A stretch of DNA of 64,000 nucleotides, from contig CBDCCS010000022.1 of the NCBI GenBank assembly GCA_965214935.1, positions 416,001-480,000 of the forward strand. Reading direction: 5' to 3'. Each line of letters begins with the position of its first letter. Position 1 is the stretch's first letter. Under the pieces are notes generated by a model, which was not told the origin of the DNA, searched no databases, and saw only the letters and a list, made by a program, of their open reading frames with translations. Origin of the DNA: Candidatus Velthaea sp. Lineage in GTDB: Bacteria > Vulcanimicrobiota > Vulcanimicrobiia > Vulcanimicrobiales > Vulcanimicrobiaceae. A program made the translations under genes and the position numbers. Below are positions 40,729 to 50,473 of this stretch, one piece after another.

Positions 40729-41103
40729 TTAGCTCTTCAGTTTACCCATCGCCATGTTGGCGTTGTCAAGGATCAAAATCCGGTCGGCATGGCGCGAGCC
40801 CAACAGCTTTTGGTCGAAGTAGACCTTGACGTATTGGCCCTCTTTGAGAGCCGCCTGCTGTTGCGTCGTCTGACCCTTGCCTTTAAAAATCTTATTGAAG
40901 TGCGGAACCATCAAAAAGCTCAAGGTCTGCTTGGTCGCCGGGTTCATGACCTTAATGTTGTTCGGCGAAACATGTTCGACGAGGCCTTGAAAAATTTGGG
41001 AGCCGGCTCGCACCTTGGCATCCGCTCCGACGAATGGTAGCCCCATCACGGCGACGGCTCCGGCGAGCGCGACGATGCGGGCGCGATACGATTGCTTTCT
41101 CAT
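40729..41103 (-). CDS. Secreted hypothetical protein (OB-fold-like)
   Basis: Signal peptide; GLVEHV...LKEGQYVKVYF pattern. Confidence 0.6.
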   Translation of the reverse strand: MRKQSYRARIVALAGAVAVMGLPFVGADAKVRAGSQIFQGLVEHVSPNNIKVMNPATKQTLSFLMVPHFNKIFKGKGQTTQQQAALKEGQYVKVYFDQKLLGSRHADRILILDNANMAMGKLKS

Positions 41104-41145
41104 ACCTGCCGTTTACCCACATCGAGGCAAGGGATGCAGTCGAGC

Positions 41146-42696
41146 TTAGATCGGCTCGCCGTGCCGCAGCTTTTCGCGGGTGCGCGCCGCTTTCGCCCGC
41201 ACGGCGTCGCGCCAAGCCGTGGGGCGGCCGGCCCAATTTCGCATGACGACGCTCATGCGCGGATTGCGCTCGAAGCGTGCCGCGTTACGGGCCAGAAAAT
41301 CCCAGTACAGCGCATTGTACGGACATGCGTTCTCCGTCTCGACGGCGCGATGATCGTACGTGCAGCGCTTGCAATAATTCGACATTTTGTTAATGTAATT
41401 CGCCGATGCGCAGTAAGGCTTGGTTCCGACATAGCCGCCGTCGGCATGTAGCGACATTCCGATCACGTTCGGCACCATGACCCAATCGTATCCGTCGACG
41501 AACATCGCCCAGAACCAATCGTTTGTTTCGATCGGATCGAATCCGGCGAGTAAGGCGAAGTTGCCGAGCACCATCAGGCGTAGAATATGATGCGCGTATG
41601 CGGTTTCGCGAACGTGGCCGAGCGCTTCGCGCATACAAAACATCTGCGTCTCGCCGGTCCAATAGAATTTGGGCAGCGGCACATGCGCATCGAGCGCATT
41701 GCGCTTGCGGTACTCGGGCATGAGCTTCCAATACACGCGCCAGATATATTCTCGCCAGCCGATGACCTGACGAATGAACCCTTCGACCGATTGCAGGCGC
41801 GCGGTACCGTTGCGATACGCGAGTTCGGCGCGCTCGCAAACTTCGAGCGGGTGAAGCAATCCCGTATTGATGTAGGCGGAGAGTAACGAGTGCGACATGT
41901 TGCGTTCTCCGGCGACCATCGCGTCCTGCCACGGCCCAAACGTATCGAGCCGCTCGGTGCAAAAGTGCTCGAGCGCCGCGAGCGCATCACGCCGCGTAAC
42001 CGCAAGATGGAAGTCACCGACGATCCCCGGATGGTCGGAAAATCGCCGTTCGACCATTTCGATTGCAGCCAACGTAATTGCATCGGGTTCGTAGCGCGGG
42101 ACAGCCGCAAAATGCAGTCCGGTCTGCGGCGGACGGCGATTCTCGGAGTCAAAATTCCAAGCCCCGCCCGCAGGCTGTTCGCCGTCCATGAGCAAGCCGG
42201 TCTTGCGCCGCATGCCGCGATAGAAATTCTCCATCGTGACCCGCGCCGTTTCACTCTTTGCAAGCCGGTCGAAGTCAGCCGGAACGGAGACGAAATTTGC
42301 ATGCGGCGTCACGTCGACGGCGAGTCCACATCGCTCGGCAGCTGCCGTCATCCCTTCGGTGATGCCCCACTCCGATTGCTGCATCATCCGCAAACCGGAC
42401 GGCTGAAAGCGCGCCACATGCTGTTCGAGTGCGTCGCTGAAATCTTCATGTTCGGCATAGTAGTCGACCGTCCAGCCGGCAGACCGCAAATCTTGGGCGA
42501 AATGACGCATGACCGCGTAAATGAGCACGAGTTTACGCCGGTGATAGGACGTCATGCGCGCACGCGCGATCGATTCGATCATGACGACGACCGATGTTTG
42601 CGGCGTACCGGCGCGCAGCGCCGAGTTGTGCGGCGTACATTGATCGGCCGTAATCCAGATGGTCGAAGGGCGAAGTGCCGAAGTGCGCATCGACAT
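41146..42696 (-). CDS. FeS-type cryptochrome/photolyase (CryB/PhrB class)
   Basis: HRRKLVLIYAVMRHFA, MENFYR, GGAWNFDSENR, QVIGWREY, YAHHILRLM, YINKMSNYCKRC, ACPYNALYW. Confidence 0.9.
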   Translation of the reverse strand: MSMRTSALRPSTIWITADQCTPHNSALRAGTPQTSVVVMIESIARARMTSYHRRKLVLIYAVMRHFAQDLRSAGWTVDYYAEHEDFSDALEQHVARFQPSGLRMMQQSEWGITEGMTAAAERCGLAVDVTPHANFVSVPADFDRLAKSETARVTMENFYRGMRRKTGLLMDGEQPAGGAWNFDSENRRPPQTGLHFAAVPRYEPDAITLAAIEMVERRFSDHPGIVGDFHLAVTRRDALAALEHFCTERLDTFGPWQDAMVAGERNMSHSLLSAYINTGLLHPLEVCERAELAYRNGTARLQSVEGFIRQVIGWREYIWRVYWKLMPEYRKRNALDAHVPLPKFYWTGETQMFCMREALGHVRETAYAHHILRLMVLGNFALLAGFDPIETNDWFWAMFVDGYDWVMVPNVIGMSLHADGGYVGTKPYCASANYINKMSNYCKRCTYDHRAVETENACPYNALYWDFLARNAARFERNPRMSVVMRNWAGRPTAWRDAVRAKAARTREKLRHGEPI

Positions 42697-42736
42697 GTCG
42701 ACGCCTCCGAAGGTTACGAAGTTTGCCGGCCGGCGT

Positions 42737-43357
42737 TTAGGGCAGCCTGAGTACGAGCTGTTGATGGGCGGTGCGCGGGAAATCACCGGGCGAATCGCCA
42801 TGGTCTTGCGCGTCGCTATGATAGACCGTGACGATCCAGGAGCCGGCATTCATGTGCTGCGGCGCGCTGATGGTCACGCTCGCGCCGCCATCTTCGCGCG
42901 CATCGAAGTTGTTCGTTATTCCGCTACCGTCGAGCGGCGAAAAGTGCGGACCATCGGCGCCGTCCATCCGAACGAACACGCTGTAATGCCCGAAGGCGAT
43001 AAGCCGATGGAGGCTCAAGCTGACCCGGTCGCCCGGGACATCGCTATTCGGAAGGATGTCAACCGTGCCGCTGGCCGCGCGCCACTTTTCGAGCGTGAAA
43101 AACAGCGCGTTCCCGGCCGCATCGAAGACGGGCGTCGCTGGATCGTCGTCGGAACGCGGCGACCGCAACCCGGCTTCATGGACGTTGATGTTTTCGTCGG
43201 TCTGAACCGACGCACGGCTGTCGCGGACGAAAACCTGCGCCGGCGTTTGCGCTCCGGGCGCATCGGCAGGCAGCAACGGCGTCGCGGCCACGCTTGCATC
43301 GGCCGGACGCAAGCAAGCCGCGACGGCCGCAATCGTCAGAACGGTACGTAGCCTCAT
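42737..43357 (-). CDS. Secreted hypothetical protein
   Basis: Signal peptide MRLRTVLTIAAVAACL; C-terminal VYHSDAQDHG. Confidence 0.6.
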   Translation of the reverse strand: MRLRTVLTIAAVAACLRPADASVAATPLLPADAPGAQTPAQVFVRDSRASVQTDENINVHEAGLRSPRSDDDPATPVFDAAGNALFFTLEKWRAASGTVDILPNSDVPGDRVSLSLHRLIAFGHYSVFVRMDGADGPHFSPLDGSGITNNFDAREDGGASVTISAPQHMNAGSWIVTVYHSDAQDHGDSPGDFPRTAHQQLVLRLP

Positions 43358-44189
43358 GTCCGTCCAACGCATTGCCCAGCCTCGGCGTTCCGCACGCAAC
43401 TCGCTCGAACCCTACGTCGAGTTTGCCAAGAAAGCGTTCTCGCGCGAAGCAACATACCGGGTTGAGGTTTTCACCAACCTCGGCAGCTTACTCATCCGGG
43501 TGTACTTGTTAAAGATGTTGTGGACGGCGCTCTACGCGCAGAATGCGGCACCCGCAAATGTCCCGCTACATGCAATCGTCACGTACTCAGCCGTCGCATT
43601 GTTGATGTCGCTCGTACTGGAAATCGACGGCACGCGGATGATTCGCGAGAAGATTCGCGAGGGAACGATCGCAACCGATCTCATGAAACCCATTAGCTTG
43701 CCATTGTACTTTTTTAGCGACGGATTCGGTCAAACGCTGTTAGGCGTGCTGCTCATCGTGCCCGCCTTGCTGCTCGCGCTGCTCATCGTTCACATCGACG
43801 TCCCGCAGCCGGTGGTCCTCGTCACGTTCAGCATGAGTTTTGCGCTCGGTTATTGTGTCAATTTTTTGCTGAACTTTCTCATGAACTCGATCGCGTTTTG
43901 GACGCTCGAAACGTTTGCAATCCAGATGGCCGTCCGTTGGATCTCCGATCTTTTGAGCGGACAAGTCATCCCGCTCATTTTCTTCCCGGGCATCTTACAA
44001 AACATCATGCTAGGTCTGCCGTTCGCAGCGATTTATTCAACGCCGTTGCTCATCTACGTCGGCACGATCGGCCCGCAGCAGTACGCCGGCGCCATTGCAT
44101 TGCAATTCGCCTGGCTCGTCGTGTTTGCCGGCCTCGCCACTGTAACGTGGCGTGCCGCGCAGCAACGTGTCGTCGTGCAAGGCGGCTGA
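43356..44189 (+). CDS. ABC-2 family permease (DUF990-like), subunit 1
   Basis: IREGTIATDLMKP, LSGQVIPL, LPF, C-terminal VVQGG. Confidence 0.88.
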   Translation: MSVQRIAQPRRSARNSLEPYVEFAKKAFSREATYRVEVFTNLGSLLIRVYLLKMLWTALYAQNAAPANVPLHAIVTYSAVALLMSLVLEIDGTRMIREKIREGTIATDLMKPISLPLYFFSDGFGQTLLGVLLIVPALLLALLIVHIDVPQPVVLVTFSMSFALGYCVNFLLNFLMNSIAFWTLETFAIQMAVRWISDLLSGQVIPLIFFPGILQNIMLGLPFAAIYSTPLLIYVGTIGPQQYAGAIALQFAWLVVFAGLATVTWRAAQQRVVVQGG

Positions 44190-44815
44190 TGCGCTTTGTG
44201 CAGCTGCCCGCCGGCAGTAATGAACCGACGCGTTTAACGACGATGTCGTGGCCTTCATGCCGGCTAATGCAACCGGCGATCGCGCCGCGTTGGTCGCGCT
44301 CATACAACCGCCGTACGCGCGGATGCCCGGGTATGAAAACTACGTCTTTGATCTCCGCCTTGAGCGCGGCGACCGGGCCGCCGTTCGTCGACGTGACGAG
44401 CTCGCTGCCGCACAGGGCGACTTTCACGGTGTAACCGGGTCCGGCACGATACGTTCCGGCATACGGCGCAAGTTCGGCGCGCGACAATCTTACGGAGCAC
44501 GGATCGTCCGGCAAGGCGATCGTCTGACTTGAGATCATCCGCCAGCCCGCGTGCTCGAGCAGCCATACTTTCAGTCGAGCGAAACTTCGCGCGAATGATT
44601 TGTCCGTGAACGTGTGTCGTCGCATTGTCGATAAACTCGGTAACCGCGACGTCGCCGTGCCGGGCAACGGCGAAGCCGGTTTGGACGAGCGCGTTCGAAA
44701 CACCGTGCGGTTCCCCCGGACGCGGAGCAATCAAGTCCGCTTTTCCGAACACCGGTCCATCCTCGTTGACAAACACGACACGTGCGTCGAGCAAGCGTGT
44801 CGCGACCGCCAACCG
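44190..44815 (-). pseudogene. Frameshifted NTF2/DUF4440-like protein (boundaries approximate)
   Basis: One frame reads LLDARVVFVNEDG...HGDVAV...KFRSTE and another continues VWLLEHAGWRMISSQT...YAGTY; extra A at about 44570 (ACT GAA A GTA TGG); no clear start. Confidence 0.6.
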
Positions 44816-44889
44816 CACGTTCGCACATATCAGGCTGAAGCGAAGATACAGCTTGCCGCTCGTATGAACGCTGCAGCCGCTCGTTGCGG

Positions 44890-46530
44890 CTAAATCGACC
44901 ACTGCCATGCATTCCACGTTTCAACGACGGGGTTCGGCGCAAAGCCGCGCAAATCGGAATTTACGGCTTGAATTTGCTTGGGCCACCAGAGAAAATCGAG
45001 CGGCACGTCGCGCTCGAGAATCTTCTGCACGTCGGCGTAGGCGCGCGCGCGTTGCGGCTGCGAATAGGTGCCGAGCGCAATTCGCTGCGCGGCGTCCATC
45101 TGCGAGTTGCAGAAATACGATTGATTGAATCCGCCCGGCGGAATGTTCGAACAGAGAAATTGCGAGGAATCATCGGGATCGATTCCGGCGATCCAGTTGT
45201 ATAACGCCATGTCGTAATGTCCCCGCGCGAGCGTACCGTTCGCGCCGTAACCGCCGTAAATGATCGAACTTAATTGCGGGTGGACGTGTACGTCGATGCC
45301 CAACGCCGCCAGCGTCGCTTGAATCTGAACGCTCGCGGTTTTATTGAGCGCCGTGCTTTGCTCGAAGTACAGTTCGAGCGATAGCCGATGGGTCGGACCG
45401 TAACCGGCGGCGCCGAGCAGTTTTTTCGCCGCTGCCGGATCGTACGGCGTCGGATGCAAGCCCCGGTCGTACGCCCAGAGAAACGACGGCAAGTCTTGCG
45501 TCGCGACGTCGGCGGCACCGAAGGTCAAGCGTCGGACGAGCGCCGGTTTATCGAGCGCATACATCACGGCCCGGCGGACGCGCACGTCCTTGGTCGGACC
45601 CTTACTCGTGTTGAACATGAGGCCTTCGTAACCGTTGAACGGCGTCAGAACGATCCGCACGTCGGCGGGCGACATGCCGCGCAGCTCTTTATATGCGTTG
45701 ACCGAAACCTCGAAGAACCAGTCGATTTCATGCGTCTGCAACTGCGTGATTTCGGTGTTTTCGTCCGGAATCAATTTGATAACGATCGACCGAAGTTTCG
45801 GCTTGCCCAAGAAATACTTGTCGTTTCGCGTCAACTCGATCTGGTTGCCGCGCAGCCAGCGTACGACTTGAAACGGACCGGTGCCGATCGGCAGCGAGTT
45901 GAACGGAACGTCGTTGATCGTCTTGGCTTTCGCAAGCAGATGCGCGGGAAGGACGCCGTAGGGGCTGTCGCTATCGCCGAAGACGGTACCGACAAACGGC
46001 GCAAAGCGATTCTTCAAATGAAACACGATCGTGTGTGCATCCGGCGTCTCGACACGTTTTACGACATCGTAGCCGTGTCGCGAGATGATGTCGTTGTCGC
46101 GGTTCATGATCGCGTCGAACGTGAAGCGAACGTCGTTACTTGAAAACGGCGCACCGTCTTGCCAGCTTACATGTTGACGCAGCTTGTAGCGGATGGTGAG
46201 TCCGTCGGCGCTTATGCCGCCGTTCGCCGTGGTCGGAACTTCAGATGCAAGGTCGGGCTTGAACTGGCCGCGCTCGTCGACCGTAACGAGAATGTCGCTG
46301 AATAAGCGGTTGATCGACGCTTCGATCGTCTGCGTACCGAGTAGCGGATTGAGCGTTCGCGGGACGACCCCGCTTGCTATTCGCAGCGTATCGGGGACGG
46401 TCCACGAATGGCGGCCGTCCGCAGCCGGTCCGGCCGTTCGTGCCGGCTGTGCGCGCGTGCAACCGCCGACGAAGAAAGCGGCGACCAGCGCGGCGGCTAT
46501 TCCCAGCTGAGCTCGTCGACGTAGCACCAC
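44890..46530 (-). CDS. Peptide ABC transporter substrate-binding lipoprotein (SBP family 5)
   Basis: Lipobox-like VGGC; PDLASEVPT..NGGISADG, WQDGAPF, PIGTGPF, VRVRRA; start approximate. Confidence 0.88.
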   Translation of the reverse strand: MVLRRRAQLGIAAALVAAFFVGGCTRAQPARTAGPAADGRHSWTVPDTLRIASGVVPRTLNPLLGTQTIEASINRLFSDILVTVDERGQFKPDLASEVPTTANGGISADGLTIRYKLRQHVSWQDGAPFSSNDVRFTFDAIMNRDNDIISRHGYDVVKRVETPDAHTIVFHLKNRFAPFVGTVFGDSDSPYGVLPAHLLAKAKTINDVPFNSLPIGTGPFQVVRWLRGNQIELTRNDKYFLGKPKLRSIVIKLIPDENTEITQLQTHEIDWFFEVSVNAYKELRGMSPADVRIVLTPFNGYEGLMFNTSKGPTKDVRVRRAVMYALDKPALVRRLTFGAADVATQDLPSFLWAYDRGLHPTPYDPAAAKKLLGAAGYGPTHRLSLELYFEQSTALNKTASVQIQATLAALGIDVHVHPQLSSIIYGGYGANGTLARGHYDMALYNWIAGIDPDDSSQFLCSNIPPGGFNQSYFCNSQMDAAQRIALGTYSQPQRARAYADVQKILERDVPLDFLWWPKQIQAVNSDLRGFAPNPVVETWNAWQWSI

Positions 46531-46757
46531 TTCCAGTCTTCGCCTCTCTCCAACGAAGCGATAATCGGGTGCTTCGTCGCGTGATAATGCTTTGTCGCGT
46601 GGGTGTTCTTGGATGAGTCGCAACAGCCTACGTGGCCGCAGTGCGTGCACAAACGCAAGTGCACCCAGGTATCGCCCATCTTCAAGCACTCTTCACAGCC
46701 ATGAGTATGCGGCTTTACGTCGTTCATCGTGTCGAGGTGCGAGCATGCGTTCGTCAT
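46497..46757 (-). CDS. UBP-type zinc finger protein
   Basis: CEECL...WVHLRLCTHCGHVGCCDSS..HATKH...WCYVD; GGAGG RBS. Confidence 0.88.
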   Translation of the reverse strand: MTNACSHLDTMNDVKPHTHGCEECLKMGDTWVHLRLCTHCGHVGCCDSSKNTHATKHYHATKHPIIASLERGEDWKWCYVDELSWE

Positions 46758-46897
46758 GGATCCTCCGGTAAGGGTGATGTACGGCCGGTTCTTTGTCACG
46801 CGCGTCGGCGACACTGCTTATTGCGACGCGCTGGGACTCGAACGAGTAACGAGGCGACCGGCATGGTCGTAGCACCGTTGGCGGGTAGCTGCAGAGC

Positions 46898-47059
46898 ATG
46901 CAACCCGATGAATCGCCGCAAGTTGAATCAACGCCGCCGTCATTCGCCGAGCGTGCTTATCGCGACGCCCCGGCATTCGACGAAGACGAGGGTCTTAGCG
47001 AGGAAGATAAGGAGCTTGCCGATACGTTTCCGGCGAGCGATCCGCCGGCGCAGCCGTAA
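46898..47059 (+). CDS. 53-aa acidic protein with DTFPASDPP motif, absent from the ORF track
   Basis: MQPDESPQVESTPPSFAERAYRDAPAFDEDEGLSEEDKELADTFPASDPPAQP; ends 4 nt before the next ATG. Confidence 0.65.
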   Translation: MQPDESPQVESTPPSFAERAYRDAPAFDEDEGLSEEDKELADTFPASDPPAQP

Positions 47060-47063
47060 GCGC

Positions 47064-47918
47064 ATGGCGCACCGCGCGATCGACCTTCCGCCGCCGCCGG
47101 CCGGAACGGCCATTCCGGCCGGCGCTGCGGCCAACTTGCGCTTCATCGGCAATGCAACGTTGTTGCTGGAGCTTTGCGGCGTTCGCATTCTTACCGATCC
47201 GAATTTTTTGCATGCGGGCGATCACGCGCATATCGGATATGGAATGACGACGAAACGGCTGCTGGATCCGGCACTTTCGTTCGAAGAATTGCCGCATGTC
47301 GACGCGGTCGTGCTGTCACATTATCACGGCGATCATTTCGATCAGGACGTCGAGGCCAAGCTCCGGCGTGACATGCCGATCGTGACGACGCCGCATGCAG
47401 CGGCCATTCTTACGCGGAGCGGCTTTACGGCGACCTGCGCCTTGCCGACGTGGTCGTCGGTCGACCTGCGACGCGCGAGCCGCAAGGTGTCAATAACCGC
47501 GCTGCCCGGCAAACACGGTCCCGGCTTGTTGTCCGCCGCCCTGCCGCAAGTTATGGGCAGTCTCCTTGAGTTTGAGCCGCCGGATGCAACGCAGCCGGTG
47601 CGCGTTTATTTGAGCGGCGATACGCTCGTCCACGACGCGTTGTACGAGATACCCAAACGGTTTCCCGACATCGACCTGGCAGTTTTGCACCTCGGCGGCA
47701 CGCGTGTTTTCGGCGTGTTGCTGACGCTTGACGGACACGGCGGCATCACCGCGCTGCGGATCATCAATGCTCGCGTGACCATGCCCGTTCATTTCGAGGA
47801 GTATACCGTGATGCGTTCACCGCTCGAAGACTTCATGCGCGAAGTGCAGCACGCCGGATTGAGCGATCGCGTCCGGTACGTACCGCGCGGTGCGACGATC
47901 GACTTAGCGACGCTGTAA
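47064..47918 (+). CDS. MBL-fold metallo-hydrolase
   Basis: FIGNAT, LTDPNF, LSHYHGDH, YLSGDT, MPVHF. Confidence 0.88.
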   Translation: MAHRAIDLPPPPAGTAIPAGAAANLRFIGNATLLLELCGVRILTDPNFLHAGDHAHIGYGMTTKRLLDPALSFEELPHVDAVVLSHYHGDHFDQDVEAKLRRDMPIVTTPHAAAILTRSGFTATCALPTWSSVDLRRASRKVSITALPGKHGPGLLSAALPQVMGSLLEFEPPDATQPVRVYLSGDTLVHDALYEIPKRFPDIDLAVLHLGGTRVFGVLLTLDGHGGITALRIINARVTMPVHFEEYTVMRSPLEDFMREVQHAGLSDRVRYVPRGATIDLATL

Positions 47919-48073
47919 ACGCCTGCTCGGTCCAAGTTTTCTTCGTGGCGAGAGCGGGATCGTAGGGCCCGACGATCGTTGTGCGGATGCGCGTTATTTC
48001 TTTACCCGCTCGCTGAGATAATCGTACCAACGACTTAGGCGAATCGGTGTATTGCGAAAAGGCAGCTGCTGGT

Positions 48074-49009
48074 TTAGATCGGATCGCGTGCGCATGGCGG
48101 CGACGGATGAGCCGGCGGCGCGAAGTCGATCTCGCCGCTTGCGGCGAGGCGCCCGAGCAAAAGGTGATAGTACAGCATTCCGCGTTGCCGACCGAGCTTC
48201 GTCAAAATATCCGTTACGTCGACGTCCGGATCGCCCGACAGATCTTTGAGCGTGCGCGCAACCCCTGAATCGTTCAGCGGAAAAGTATCCAACCGGCCGA
48301 ATCCGCGCAACGCGATCACCGCCGCGCTCCACGGCCCGATGCCTTTGCAGCTTTGCAGTCGTAACGTCAGTTCGGTCGTCGGCAGATCCGTCAGTATCGC
48401 ATCGTCGTATTGTGCACTTTCGATCGTCCGGCCGATGCTCCGCAAGGCGGCGATTTTATTTGCGCTCAAGCCCAAGGCGCGTAGCTCGCGCGGGTCGGCT
48501 TCAACGACCGCCGACGGTGACGGGAAACACGCAAGCCGTACGTCGCCGTAGGTTTGCAGCGGCTCGTATCGTTCGACCAAGCGACGCAGGATGGCAGTCG
48601 CCGCGTGAATGCTGACTTGTTGAAAAACAACTGCATTGACGATGGCTTCCCAGAGCGACGGATAGCGCGGCGGCTTCACGCCCCGAGCCCGCGCGGCCAG
48701 AGCCGCAAGCCAGGGAATGCCGGCGGCTGCCTCATTGAAGTGCGTCAAGTCGACGTCGGTACCGAGCATGCGTCGTACGAGCGGCAGCACGGCTAGACCT
48801 CGCGCGCACCGCACGTCCAAACGGTCCGGTAGGGGTTGGGAAACTTCGAGCAGCGCGGGTTGCGCCGCACTGCCCAGCACGCGCCGGTAAATGCCGTCCG
48901 CGAAAACATCGACGATATTGGTCGATAGGCGGCGCAAGACGGCCGCAGTCAAGTCCAGCCGGTACGGCGGCACGACGGGGAGGGCAAAGGCGCCGGCGGA
49001 ATCCGTCAA
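48074..49009 (-). CDS. DNA-3-methyladenine glycosylase II (AlkA-like HhH-GPD)
   Basis: AVVFQQVS, FPSP, KGIGPWSA, FPLND. Confidence 0.85.
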   Translation of the reverse strand: MTDSAGAFALPVVPPYRLDLTAAVLRRLSTNIVDVFADGIYRRVLGSAAQPALLEVSQPLPDRLDVRCARGLAVLPLVRRMLGTDVDLTHFNEAAAGIPWLAALAARARGVKPPRYPSLWEAIVNAVVFQQVSIHAATAILRRLVERYEPLQTYGDVRLACFPSPSAVVEADPRELRALGLSANKIAALRSIGRTIESAQYDDAILTDLPTTELTLRLQSCKGIGPWSAAVIALRGFGRLDTFPLNDSGVARTLKDLSGDPDVDVTDILTKLGRQRGMLYYHLLLGRLAASGEIDFAPPAHPSPPCARDPI

Positions 49010-49011
49010 GG

Positions 49012-49809
49012 GTGTATCTCGACACCTACTGCCAGTATTGGCGAATCAATGTTCTGACGATGCTCGAGTACCGGGCGAATTTCATCATGTGGTCCGGTTT
49101 TACGGTCATCTATCATGCAACGGCAGTCATTGCATTATGGGTGACGCTCAATACGTTTCCATCGCTAAATGGTTGGGATTTCCGGCAAACTGCGTTCATG
49201 TACGGATTGTGGATGCTCGGGCATGGCCTGCACAATACGATTTTTTTTACCGTCGGCAGCGTCCCGGAGTTCGTGCGTGAAGGCCGATTCGATCGCTTTC
49301 TGATCCGGCCGCTCGACCCGCTGTTCCAAGCGTTGACGGTACCGCAGCAAATTTGGCCCGATGAGCTCGTACTCGCCGTCATCTTCTTTTGCACCGTTAC
49401 CGTCGTTGCGCACGTTCGCGTCGATCTCGTCTTCTTGCTGTACGTGCCGCTGGTCGCACTCGGCGGCGCGCTGATCGATCTCGGTATCAATCTTGCGATC
49501 GCGACGGCTTCATTTTGGTTCGTTCGTATCGACACACTCCGTTGGGTCGTCATGTCACTCGAACAAGAATTTTCGCGCTATCCGATTTCGATCTATGGCC
49601 GCGGCGTGCGCGTCATGCTTGCATTCGTCTTACCGTTTGCGTTTATGAACTATTTTCCGGCGACGTTTCTGTTGCACAAGGCCGAAACCGGGTTCAACCT
49701 TAATCCCGGCGTCGGCCTGCTCACCCCGGTCGTCGGCGCGCTGTGGGCCGCAATCGCATATGTGTTTTGGCGTAAAGGCCTGAACCGTTATCAAGGGACC
49801 GGGAGTTAG
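49012..49809 (+). CDS. ABC-2 family permease (DUF990-like), subunit 2
   Basis: EYRANF, GRFDRFLIRP, YPISIY, C-terminal RYQGTGS. Confidence 0.88.
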   Translation: MYLDTYCQYWRINVLTMLEYRANFIMWSGFTVIYHATAVIALWVTLNTFPSLNGWDFRQTAFMYGLWMLGHGLHNTIFFTVGSVPEFVREGRFDRFLIRPLDPLFQALTVPQQIWPDELVLAVIFFCTVTVVAHVRVDLVFLLYVPLVALGGALIDLGINLAIATASFWFVRIDTLRWVVMSLEQEFSRYPISIYGRGVRVMLAFVLPFAFMNYFPATFLLHKAETGFNLNPGVGLLTPVVGALWAAIAYVFWRKGLNRYQGTGS

Positions 49810-50444
49810 ATTCGGCCGGTTTTTGACGTCGGGCGCTTGCGTTTTGCGACGGGTCGCGTCGTACCGGCGGCTGGTTTGACGACCGGCGACACCCGAGGGG
49901 AGTCGGCGGGCGGCGTGAGCGCACCCTTCGGCGGCGTCTTCATCAATTGTTTATCGCGTTCTTGCGTCCATGCAAAATAACGCAGGTGCTCGAATTGGTT
50001 GACGAACGCATCGCGATACGGCTTGTTATGGAAAAATAGCGCCGTGTTCACTTGATGCCAGCCGCCCAAGCTAAAGTTGACCGATCCTTCCCAGCACCAT
50101 GGCTGCGGCGTATCGTCGCAAACGATACCTTTCGTATGACAAATGTATTGCGTACCGACCGGGGACGTACCGATGGTCACCTCGACGCCGCCGTCGACGA
50201 GCCGCTGCACTTGCGGTGCTTCGGCACGCCCGGTCGACTGACTGTAATCCAAGTAGATATGGATCGGCCCGCTGGCCGAATTGTTCGCAATGATTTCGTC
50301 GATCATCGGCGTCAGCGTGAACGAGTACGCGATGATCCACATTTCATACGGGTCTTTCAAATGCTGCAAGAACAGCGCTTGGGCGGCGGCACCGTCGTCG
50401 GGCAACAGAAAGCACTCGATATTCGTCGTAATCTCAAACGACAT
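49806..50444 (-). CDS. Phospholipase D-like (single HKD) protein
   Basis: IIAYSFT, HTKGIVCD, GSVNFS; GAGGAGG RBS; basic C-terminal tail. Confidence 0.8.
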   Translation of the reverse strand: MSFEITTNIECFLLPDDGAAAQALFLQHLKDPYEMWIIAYSFTLTPMIDEIIANNSASGPIHIYLDYSQSTGRAEAPQVQRLVDGGVEVTIGTSPVGTQYICHTKGIVCDDTPQPWCWEGSVNFSLGGWHQVNTALFFHNKPYRDAFVNQFEHLRYFAWTQERDKQLMKTPPKGALTPPADSPRVSPVVKPAAGTTRPVAKRKRPTSKTGRI

Positions 50445-50473
50445 GCGATCCTCCTCGCAGCGCCGGAACGCGC

